Below, piece by piece: positions 29,009 through 37,197 of a stretch of DNA of 64,000 nucleotides. The notes under the pieces were generated by a model. It was not told the DNA's origin. It did not search any database and saw only the letters and a list, made by a program, of their open reading frames with translations. How positions within the stretch are numbered: the first letter of the stretch is position 1; each line of letters begins with the position of its first letter. A program made the translations under genes and the position numbers. The DNA is from Candidatus Poribacteria bacterium (lineage in GTDB: Bacteria > Poribacteria > WGA-4E > WGA-3G): NCBI GenBank assembly GCA_965214095.1, contig OZ243938.1, forward strand, positions 2,784,001 through 2,848,000, in the 5' to 3' direction.

Positions 29009-29153
29009 TATAGTGAAATGTAAAAAGACGTGCACATTCCTCGGTAGATGTGGTTTCCTAACCGCATCTATGAAACCGAACCGGCTTTGTGCCAAATACC
29101 TTCTTAGAGGTTCTCGCATAGGATCCGGTTCGGTTAGGAAACCGAACCTACCG
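29009..29153. mobile_element. Truncated TATAGTGAA MITE with an inverted REP pair
   Basis: Left end matches the 36990 copy; REPs GTAGATGTGGTTTCCTAACCGCATC and GGTTCGGTTAGGAAACCGAACCTAC; right end absent. Confidence 0.7.
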
Positions 29154-29167
29154 GACAATTACAAGAC

Positions 29168-29983
29168 TTAGTAACGTCGTCTCCAATGCCAACTGTCACT
29201 ACCTGAGATAAGCGGTCGGATTTCTTCAGGAAGGGTTTCTATAAAATCGGGACTTACCTCGTTACCAGGCCATTCCCTTACCATCGGTGGTGTATAACCT
29301 GCGATAAGTATAACCCTTTCATTATCACTACGGATCGCAGTAGTGCTGTGAACAAGCGACTCCGCGAAAAGCAGGACTGAACCCGCAGATGCTTCAACCT
29401 GATGGATCAGACTATCATCAGATAAGGCTGCCTCTATCATCTCGCTCTGATTCCATGTGAGTCGGTGGCTTCCGGGAATAACACATGTCCCACCATCATC
29501 AGGACCGACATCGGTAAGGTATGCGAGGGTCTTTACAAAGATGCAGTGGAACTTGTTCTGTTCCATATATGTTCCCCAACCGTGCTGTGTGCCACGATGG
29601 AATCCGGTTGGGTTGTAACGGCGTTTGAATAGTTCATCTATATCAGCATCCGCACTCCGCTTATTGATTACCGCTTCGGTTTCCTCAAGCCGTACTCCTC
29701 CGCCTACCACTTCTTCAACTAACGGAACGAGTTTAGGATGTGCTGCATATTCTAATAGTGCAGGATCGTATTCAACAAGATTTCCCATGTGCGCATGATG
29801 TTCACCCCGCCAATTGAGATAGACTCTTGTACCATCAAGGTTTCCACTGTCTTTGATCCTATAAAGTGCCTCTTTTATTCTCTTGATTTCATCATCAGTA
29901 AGAACATTCTCAAGCAGAACGAAGCCGTATATATCAAAGTGTAGCCTTTGTGCTGATGTTAGACTAACTGTATCACTATTCAC
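29168..29983 (-). CDS. PhyH-family dioxygenase-like protein
   Basis: FDIYGFVLLENVL, YLTDVGPDDGGTCVIPGSHR, AGSVLLF...H; GTG start after GAGGAG. Confidence 0.85.
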   Translation of the reverse strand: MNSDTVSLTSAQRLHFDIYGFVLLENVLTDDEIKRIKEALYRIKDSGNLDGTRVYLNWRGEHHAHMGNLVEYDPALLEYAAHPKLVPLVEEVVGGGVRLEETEAVINKRSADADIDELFKRRYNPTGFHRGTQHGWGTYMEQNKFHCIFVKTLAYLTDVGPDDGGTCVIPGSHRLTWNQSEMIEAALSDDSLIHQVEASAGSVLLFAESLVHSTTAIRSDNERVILIAGYTPPMVREWPGNEVSPDFIETLPEEIRPLISGSDSWHWRRRY

Positions 29984-30809
29984 TGTTGTTCTCCTCTTCA
30001 TTGTCTTCTAAATCGTTCTCTTCATCGTCTTTTATATCGTCCTCCGCATCTTTATCTTCACAATATTTTTCTATAAATTCTTTAAGTTTTTTCTTGAGTT
30101 CCTTGGAAATTGGGTAACTATCTATTTCTTCCAAGATTTCCTGGCAAGTTTTGCCACTTTCTATAAGTTTGATTAAAACCGCTGGGAATACTTGTTCAAA
30201 CCCAAATCTAGCAAGCATCTGTGCGATAAATGCCAAAACAAGTAAAGTAGCGATGCCACCAAGCATTCCAAATGGACCAATAGCGGCAAGAGAAGCAGTT
30301 ATTGCAGCTGCACCATAGAAAGGAGAAGCAGCCATTACAACCACCAATACAAGTCCAGGAACTCCCAATCCAGCAAGTATTTCTGCTACTTTGTCAAGTG
30401 GAATGTTATCTTTGCTTTGTTTTTTTACTTCTTCAATAAGATCTCGTACTTCTTCAATTGAAGGAATAGACTCTTTCAACTTCTGAAGTAAGTTTCTCAA
30501 ATCCAACCACCATTCACCTATAGAATGGAAGACATTTTGCATATCTGGCATCTGTGCTTTGATTATAGATTGTATAGCATCTGTCAGTTCCTGGATTGCC
30601 TTCCACAATTCATCCAATTTTGCTTTTCCTGCACTGAGGATAGCACGTAGAACCCTTTTCAACTCCCTTATGACTTGGTTTGGATTCGGTATTCGTTCTT
30701 TGTCCATAGAACGAATTGATCTTATCAACTTACGAAAAGCTTTTATTAGTTCTTGTCCCATTTTACCTGCAATGCGTACTAAGTTTTTCAGAAATTGCCG
30801 CCACTTCAT
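29976..30809 (-). CDS. Hypothetical helical protein with a Gly/Ala-rich membrane hairpin
   Basis: Start MKWRQ after AGGAG; amphipathic N-terminal half; GLGVPGLV...GAAAITASLAAIGPFGMLGG; acidic tail. Confidence 0.75.
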   Translation of the reverse strand: MKWRQFLKNLVRIAGKMGQELIKAFRKLIRSIRSMDKERIPNPNQVIRELKRVLRAILSAGKAKLDELWKAIQELTDAIQSIIKAQMPDMQNVFHSIGEWWLDLRNLLQKLKESIPSIEEVRDLIEEVKKQSKDNIPLDKVAEILAGLGVPGLVLVVVMAASPFYGAAAITASLAAIGPFGMLGGIATLLVLAFIAQMLARFGFEQVFPAVLIKLIESGKTCQEILEEIDSYPISKELKKKLKEFIEKYCEDKDAEDDIKDDEENDLEDNEEENNSE

Positions 30810-30827
30810 AGTATTTCTCCTGTGAAT

Positions 30828-31102
30828 TATAGTGAAATCTATAATTACTTGCACACAATTGTAGCGCAAACTGCATGAAGATTAACAAATAAATAGGGTA
30901 ATTTCCTTGAGAAGTCCGGTGCGGTTAGGAAACCGCACCTACCGGGTTTGGGAAAATGAGAATTACCCGTTTAATAAATTAATCTTCATCCAGTTTGCGT
31001 ACACTACTGCACAAACTGGCAGTTTGTGCTACGGCACAGTCTAGTCCGTTAGTTTAGGTCTCACGTACCAAAAGTGTGCATATATTTTTGTATTTCACTA
31101 TA
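30828..31102. mobile_element. Nested MITE/REP composite
   Basis: Outer TATAGTGAAAT...ATTTCACTATA; inner inverted pairs GTAGCGCAAACTG/CAGTTTGCGTAC, ATGAAGATTAA/TTAATCTTCAT, GGGTAATT/AATTACCC; central REP. Confidence 0.75.
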
Positions 31103-31183
31103 ACATATAGATGCAGGGTTTACCTATACCTATTCCATTCTAATTCTATTTGTTCAAGGACAGTGGAGAACAGGAATTACTAA

Positions 31184-31978
31184 CTACCTATTGGTTATGA
31201 ATGGTGATTTGAGGTGTCCCCAAACGGTCGTCAGTTTTTTAGTGGGTTCAACAGCAAGGTTTAACGGTTCGTCTCCTTCATAGACAAGCAAATCATCTAC
31301 ATATCCAGGAGCGGCGATAGTATAGACATGGAAAGAAACCCATTTTGGGACTTGGAACTCTGCAGCATTTCGGAATGGAAGTCCTTTTTTGCCTTTGTCT
31401 CTGAGAGCTTCATTTCTATCATCGCCAGCATAGAAATCAAACTTGCTTTTACTAACATCGGCGACAACACGGACATATCTCCATTCATCTGTTTCAAAGT
31501 CGTCAATAGGTTGCCATGCAGCACCATTAAAGAGACGTACCATATCCGCATTCCAATTGATGTAAACAGAACCGTTATTTTGCGCATGGTTTTCGGAAGA
31601 TACAATCCTGAAATTAAAGGATCTTCCGCCACTCCTAATGTAAACCCAAAACTCAACGGTAATAACGGAATTTTCAGTTTCAATTGGGATGCCGACTCTA
31701 TCGTCATCTGCACCTCCTAAGATTCCGAGCGATTTTTTGTCTGTTTTAACGACATCATCTGTTACTTCAAGCATATTTCCTCTAATGTCCCAATCAGCTG
31801 GTGGTTTCCCCAGAGATTCTTTTTCGAATCCAGTTTGAAGAAATACCTCTTGCGCAATTGCCGTTTGTAGTAAAATGGAACTTAATGCAAAGACAGTAAC
31901 TAATGCAAGGCATACCAGAAGATGCGTGTTTTGTGCGGCGATTGATACTGAGTTGAAGCGATTCTGTTGGTGCTTCAT
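31184..31978 (-). CDS. Secreted beta-sandwich (LamG/ConA-like) protein with C-terminal VEPxxKLTTxWG motif
   Basis: Signal peptide; paralog of 32193-32969; LAVEPTKKLTTVWGHLK. Confidence 0.7.
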   Translation of the reverse strand: MKHQQNRFNSVSIAAQNTHLLVCLALVTVFALSSILLQTAIAQEVFLQTGFEKESLGKPPADWDIRGNMLEVTDDVVKTDKKSLGILGGADDDRVGIPIETENSVITVEFWVYIRSGGRSFNFRIVSSENHAQNNGSVYINWNADMVRLFNGAAWQPIDDFETDEWRYVRVVADVSKSKFDFYAGDDRNEALRDKGKKGLPFRNAAEFQVPKWVSFHVYTIAAPGYVDDLLVYEGDEPLNLAVEPTKKLTTVWGHLKSPFITNR

Positions 31979-32060
31979 TTTTTCTCCTTATATCATGCTT
32001 CCTTTCCTAAGAAAGTTTGTTTCATCACAGAAATCTCTGCAAAGGAACAGTTTATTGCAT

Positions 32061-32197
32061 TATAGTAAAAACCATAATTATTTACACACGACGGTAGGTT
32101 CGGTTTCCTAACCGAACCGGTGTTTGTTCAATCTCATAGATGCGGTTAGGAAACCGCATCTACCGGGGAGTGTGCACGTATTTTACATTTCACTATA
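32061..32197. mobile_element. TATAGT-ended MITE with an inverted REP pair
   Basis: Near reverse complement of 36990-37127. Confidence 0.8.
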
Positions 32198-32969
32198 AGG
32201 TGCTTTTCTTGACATTACCCCAGTATGTTGTGAGTTTCCCTTTTGGCTCCACAGGTGTAAGACTTGGTGGATTACTGCCTTCGTAGATAAGTAGGTCATC
32301 TATAAATCCTTGTGCGACTGTGGAGTAAACATGGAACGCAACCCACTGTGCAACTGGATTTGTCGCAGCCTTACGGAAGGCGAGTCCTGCTTTTGGTGTG
32401 GCTTCACGAGCAGCATCCATGTCATCTCCTACGTAGTAATCAAAGGTACTTTTACTCACATCAGCAACAACGCGAACATATTTCCAAGCATCAAACTGGA
32501 AATCATCAATCGCAACCCATGCTGATCCGTCGTAAAGCCGAACAGCGTTTTCATTCCAATTCACATAGACACCACCATCGTTTACTGCAATGTTATCATC
32601 AGAAACGACTTTAAGATTGAAAGAGCGACCTGTTCCCTTAATCATTACCCAGAATTCCACTGAAATGATAGGATTTTCAGTGTCAATGGCAACGCCTACT
32701 CTGTCATCGTTTGCTCCACCTAAGATGCCGAGTGCTTTATTATCGGTTTTCACAGTGGCATCTGTAACTTGCATCTGATTGCCTCGGACTTCCCAATCTT
32801 GCGGGGGTTCACCGACTGTGAATTCTTCAAAACCTGTTTGCAATAACACTTTTTGTGCTAATACGGGTTGTGGAAGAAAGAGACTGGAAACAAATGTGAC
32901 TAATAAAATAAATGGTATGATCAGATTGGTATAAGATTTTGACTTGATTCGGTATAAATTGTTATTCAT
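32193..32969 (-). CDS. Secreted beta-sandwich protein, tandem paralog
   Basis: LQTGFE, LGILGGANDDRVG, YVRVVADVSKS, TPVEPKGKLTTYWGNVK. Confidence 0.7.
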   Translation of the reverse strand: MNNNLYRIKSKSYTNLIIPFILLVTFVSSLFLPQPVLAQKVLLQTGFEEFTVGEPPQDWEVRGNQMQVTDATVKTDNKALGILGGANDDRVGVAIDTENPIISVEFWVMIKGTGRSFNLKVVSDDNIAVNDGGVYVNWNENAVRLYDGSAWVAIDDFQFDAWKYVRVVADVSKSTFDYYVGDDMDAAREATPKAGLAFRKAATNPVAQWVAFHVYSTVAQGFIDDLLIYEGSNPPSLTPVEPKGKLTTYWGNVKKSTL

Positions 32970-33066
32970 TATGTTCTCCGTGATTGTAATTAATTATAGG
33001 TTTGCTAACCCTGGTTGGTTAGATAGTAATATTGACTGATTAATATTTCATGAAAATTCACAGTAT

Positions 33067-33687
33067 TCAATTACCTTGCTCTACACACGCTTTTATGCCA
33101 TCAACAAATATCTGAAAACTTTTTGATCTATTGCGACTCGGTTCCATGTGTTGTGCGATGTTACGCGCTACTTCGGTTTTAGGTAGTTTTCCTGTATAAT
33201 ACCGATTTCGTATCAGTAAACGTTCTAATGCTTCGGCCGTTCCCCCTGTAATTGCATCTGAATCTCGATATTTTCTTTGATATTGAAGTGTTTCTGATAT
33301 TTTTGGATATGCTTCATGCAGAGCCGTTATGTCTCCAAAAAACCATGCCTCCAATTCTTCAATTGCTATTCGGTTGACCACTTGAAAATCACCAATAGGC
33401 AGTGTACTGGATTTTGTGACCAGATTCGCATCAAGTGCGGCGTTTTCCATTTGTGATTTGAGTTTGTGGCAATTTTGCCTATCTTCATCAATAAGTACCA
33501 CAATCCTCCAATCTTTGGGAACCCATGTAGAGTATCCTCTCATCCGCATTGGTAGTTTTTTAAGCAAATCTGATTTACCTTGAAAAACATGCAATTTAAA
33601 GGTGACATCGTCTGGGAGAATCTTGGGTAAAATATAATTCAATGCTACTTCTGCCGAACGTTCCTCCAAAAGGAATTCAATATGCAT
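33067..33687 (-). CDS. DUF4276-family (TOPRIM-like) protein
   Basis: FLLEERSAE, FQGKSDL, LIDEDRQ, IEELEAWFFGD, NRSKSFQ. Confidence 0.8.
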   Translation of the reverse strand: MHIEFLLEERSAEVALNYILPKILPDDVTFKLHVFQGKSDLLKKLPMRMRGYSTWVPKDWRIVVLIDEDRQNCHKLKSQMENAALDANLVTKSSTLPIGDFQVVNRIAIEELEAWFFGDITALHEAYPKISETLQYQRKYRDSDAITGGTAEALERLLIRNRYYTGKLPKTEVARNIAQHMEPSRNRSKSFQIFVDGIKACVEQGN

Positions 33688-33689
33688 AC

Positions 33690-34904
33690 TTACCCCTTCT
33701 TTGGACCGCCTGCATTGGTTAACGGATCGCCGAATTCAAAATAACCCTCCATCCACAGTTGTCCTAACTTAGCACCAGTTTTTAGAAACTCATTAATTCC
33801 TTGCATTTCCGATGTGCGTTTGCACACAGTAAAACCTTGTTCGTCTCTATATAACACCCATACCTCATCTGCGCGAAATTCATTAACAAATTGTGGTGAA
33901 TGCGTAGTAATCATGAGCTGCGACAAGGCTGAGACCTGATGACATTCCTCTGCTAATCCAGATAATAGACGTGGATGCAAATAGTTTTCAGGTTCTTCAA
34001 TTCCAATCAACTGAGGTGGTTCGGGATCATATAACAGTGTCAAGTAAGACAACATCTTTAACGTGCCATCGGAGGCAAATTTTGCCAAAATAGGTTGATC
34101 AAACGGAGCATCTTTAATTTGTAACAGAAGCCGCCCATCTAACATGATCTCTGCGTCTACCTTCTCTAAACGCGGTACCCTTCTGGACAGAATTGAGAGG
34201 ATATCATTCAAACGAACTTGATGTTGCTCTTTCAAATATTGGATGACGTTTGGTAAATTATCGCCCGATTCGGACAACCTTTCTTGAGGTCCAGCTTCCG
34301 AAACACCACGTGTTGCATCAGCAGAAAGATAAGAGAGGTGCCAACCTGTAATAAACCTTCGGAGTGCACTGACACGTGGATGTCTCGCCAATTGACCTAA
34401 TGTGCTGACAGCAATCATTGATGAATCATCAAGTTGCTCAGTTATCCGTTCTTCATCTTCATCAGGTGTTTCCCCTCCAATAACACGGCCTGCACCATCC
34501 TGAAAATCAAGGAACCGAAACGGTTTACCTCTACTACCGCGCCGCCACTGTAACCATTCGGCATTAACGTAAGGACCTTTCGTTTCCTCACCAATTGCTA
34601 AATGATAAGTGATAATTGGTGTGTTGGGTCTTTCACGATATTTTAACTCAAATTCAATGGGTCCTTCACTTCCCCGTGTTCTTAGTTCTTTAAACCGTCC
34701 CCGTTTGTCCCATGCTCTGCGTAGACCTTCTGTAAAACAATCAGAAAGAAATGCAAAAACATCAAAAAGCGTTGATTTACCACTGCCGTTTGACCCTAAA
34801 AAAGCAGTAAGCGGTGTGATTTTTTTTAATTCAACATCACGTAACGCGCGGTAGTTTTTCACCCGCAATGCCTCAATGCGGGGTACAGTTTGTTTTGTTT
34901 GCAT
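33690..34904 (-). CDS. ABC-type AAA ATPase (AAA_21/AbiEii-like)
   Basis: [36 protein letters not shown]. Confidence 0.88.
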   Translation of the reverse strand: MQTKQTVPRIEALRVKNYRALRDVELKKITPLTAFLGSNGSGKSTLFDVFAFLSDCFTEGLRRAWDKRGRFKELRTRGSEGPIEFELKYRERPNTPIITYHLAIGEETKGPYVNAEWLQWRRGSRGKPFRFLDFQDGAGRVIGGETPDEDEERITEQLDDSSMIAVSTLGQLARHPRVSALRRFITGWHLSYLSADATRGVSEAGPQERLSESGDNLPNVIQYLKEQHQVRLNDILSILSRRVPRLEKVDAEIMLDGRLLLQIKDAPFDQPILAKFASDGTLKMLSYLTLLYDPEPPQLIGIEEPENYLHPRLLSGLAEECHQVSALSQLMITTHSPQFVNEFRADEVWVLYRDEQGFTVCKRTSEMQGINEFLKTGAKLGQLWMEGYFEFGDPLTNAGGPKKG

Positions 34905-34965
34905 CTAATATCTCCATTTGACTTGCATTCTCTAAACTAATCTGTCTAAATAATACTGATGAAAT

Positions 34966-35745
34966 TTACGGCATCCAGATGTTCCATTCTCCTCTTTTTT
35001 GCCAAGGTCGACATTCATAGCACAAACACATAAAACGAATTGCAAAGCGCGGAGATTTTCCAGCATTTAACGTACTAGCATGCGGCAATAGATGGTGAAA
35101 CAAGAGAACATCCCCCTGTTTTGCAACAACTTCCATCGGTTCACCCAAATCAATCTCTGGCAAATGTGTTAGCATAATTTGGACATTATCGGAAAGACTT
35201 GGATTTTGTTTGCGGTATTCACGAATACGCTGTGGACCCTCAGGCCAAATCACCGTCGTGCCTTGATGGGAATTGGCATCAGTAAGATAGGTTAAACTGG
35301 ATGCGCGAAATGTGCCTGGATCCAATCGTAAATCTCTTGAGTAACCATCTAAATGAGGTAAAGGTGTCCTCCATTCATCATCAATGGGAAATTGATTCAT
35401 TGCCCAGATGGCATCTGGCTCTTTGCTTTTACAATGCGGGATGGTCGGATATTGTTCAGCAAGTTGATTTAGGACGGTAAGATAATCTGGTGTGCAACAT
35501 GCCAACAAATCTGGATGCGTTACACCGAAAAGCTCAATACGCTTTTCGTGTGCCATGTTCTCTATGTAAAAACCAGTGAGAAATGGACGTTGGATGTTTT
35601 CCCAAGAGTCTGGATTGCTGGATTCCATTCCCATGCAATTCCACATTGCTTTTTCTGCCTTTGCGATGGTCTTATTCGGAATCAACCCCGACAGTAACAA
35701 GTATCCCCTTTCATCAAACTGCTTTAACTGTGCTGTTGAAAGCAT
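34966..35745 (-). CDS. PhyH-family dioxygenase with canonical HxD...H
   Basis: FDERGYL, PHLDG, YLTD, GDVLLFHHLLPH. Confidence 0.8.
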   Translation of the reverse strand: MLSTAQLKQFDERGYLLLSGLIPNKTIAKAEKAMWNCMGMESSNPDSWENIQRPFLTGFYIENMAHEKRIELFGVTHPDLLACCTPDYLTVLNQLAEQYPTIPHCKSKEPDAIWAMNQFPIDDEWRTPLPHLDGYSRDLRLDPGTFRASSLTYLTDANSHQGTTVIWPEGPQRIREYRKQNPSLSDNVQIMLTHLPEIDLGEPMEVVAKQGDVLLFHHLLPHASTLNAGKSPRFAIRFMCLCYECRPWQKRGEWNIWMP

Positions 35746-35808
35746 CGAATGTCCCTTTGTTATTTCGCTTAATTAATTTTGAATGTATATGAAAGTATAA
35801 TATTAATG

Positions 35809-36102
35809 TTATGACAAATAAATCCAAGACCATAATATTACCCAAGAAACCGATAGGATTAAGAATGATATATTCCCTACCATCTGTGAAGGATTTAATG
35901 TTATTTTTTCGCCAGCAAATATAAAGTAATATGAAAATATACTCCAGATTATTACAATTCCTCCCAAAATGGAAGTCCACAAAAAATGTCCTGAACCAAT
36001 ATTTAGGTATTGGATCAAGATATCCACATTTATCAGTGAAAGTCCGACAAAAATTGCTATTAGCACATTTCTTTTATTATCACTCAAAAGATTGAATTTC
36101 AT
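35809..36102 (-). CDS. Small 3-TM hypothetical membrane protein
   Basis: GAGGA RBS, three hydrophobic segments, co-oriented with its neighbours. Confidence 0.6.
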   Translation of the reverse strand: MKFNLLSDNKRNVLIAIFVGLSLINVDILIQYLNIGSGHFLWTSILGGIVIIWSIFSYYFIFAGEKITLNPSQMVGNISFLILSVSWVILWSWIYLS

Positions 36103-36122
36103 AACTTGTCCTCGACTAATCT

Positions 36123-36950
36123 TTAGTCAACACGTAATATAGATACATCAGAATTCGGTTTTGGGAATTTCATATCTAAATTCTCAAGAGTTTCAACGAT
36201 ACGTTCTGTGATAATAAGATTCCGATACCACTTTTTGTTCGCTGGGATTATATACCATGGTGCCCATTCTGTACTGCATTTGTGTAGCACAGATTCATAC
36301 GCCTGCATGTAATCGTCCCAGTAAGCGCGTTCCCGGATATCCGCTTCAGTGATTTTCCAATGTTTTGTGGGGTCGTTGATGCGGGATTCAAGCCGCTCTT
36401 TCTGTTCGTCCTTAGATATATGAAGGAAGAATTTCAGGATGACTGTTCCGTTTTCCACGAGCATCCTTTCAAAATCGTTTATCTGCTGGTAGCGTTGTTT
36501 CCAAACCGATTCTGGTACAAGGTCATGCACCCGCACAACAAGGACATCTTCATAATGTGACCGGTTGAAAATTCCGATTTTTCCTTTTCGTGGTACGGCT
36601 CTATGTGCACGCCACAAAAAATCTCGTGAAACTTCGTCCGCTGTCGGGACTTTGAAATTAACTACATCACAACCTTGCACATTTATACCTGTCATTACCC
36701 GCCTAATAGTACCGTCCTTACCACATGTATCCATTCCTTGTAGGATTATTAGAAGGGCATGCTGACTTTCAGCGTAAAGTAGTTCCTGAAGTTTGAGTAG
36801 ACGTTTATTCAGTTTCTTTAAGGGTTTTTTCGTTTCACCTTTTTTACGATAAGCCCCTGTATAATCCGGAATATGTTCGGGGTTACAATCATTTTCAACC
36901 CCGCTGAGACCAATTTTTTCAACGGGCTTAACAATAAAAGGTTGCTTCAT
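36123..36950 (-). CDS. ppk2: Polyphosphate kinase 2 family protein
   Basis: QGMDTCGKDG, FKVPT, FNRSHYEDVL, KFFLHISKDEQ, APWYIIPA; start MKQP at 36950 after GGAGG. Confidence 0.9.
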   Translation of the reverse strand: MKQPFIVKPVEKIGLSGVENDCNPEHIPDYTGAYRKKGETKKPLKKLNKRLLKLQELLYAESQHALLIILQGMDTCGKDGTIRRVMTGINVQGCDVVNFKVPTADEVSRDFLWRAHRAVPRKGKIGIFNRSHYEDVLVVRVHDLVPESVWKQRYQQINDFERMLVENGTVILKFFLHISKDEQKERLESRINDPTKHWKITEADIRERAYWDDYMQAYESVLHKCSTEWAPWYIIPANKKWYRNLIITERIVETLENLDMKFPKPNSDVSILRVD

Positions 36951-36989
36951 TGCGATCCTCCAAATATTCAAGGTGTATGTGAAATAGAT

Positions 36990-37127
36990 TATAGTGAAAT
37001 GTAAAAATACGTGCAGGCTCCACGGTAGATGCGGTTTCCTAACCGCATCTATGAGACTGAGCAAACACCGGTTCGGTTAGGAAACCGAACCTACCGTAGT
37101 GTGTGAATAATTATGGTTTTTACTATA
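36990..37127. mobile_element. TATAGT-ended MITE with an inverted REP pair
   Basis: TATAGTGAAATG...TTTTACTATA; two GTAG REPs. Confidence 0.8.
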
Positions 37128-37197
37128 AATCCAATAGTTGGACAAACGGAACTTGCCGAATTGTCCCTACTGGAATGGTTAACCTATCCGATTCTGC

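Noticed and set aside
29009-37127. Recurrent GGTTAGGAAACC palindromes as CRISPR repeats or attC sites
   Set aside because: They are dispersed, occur in inverted pairs inside MITE ends, lack regular spacing, and no integrase or cas gene is present; REP/MITE fits better
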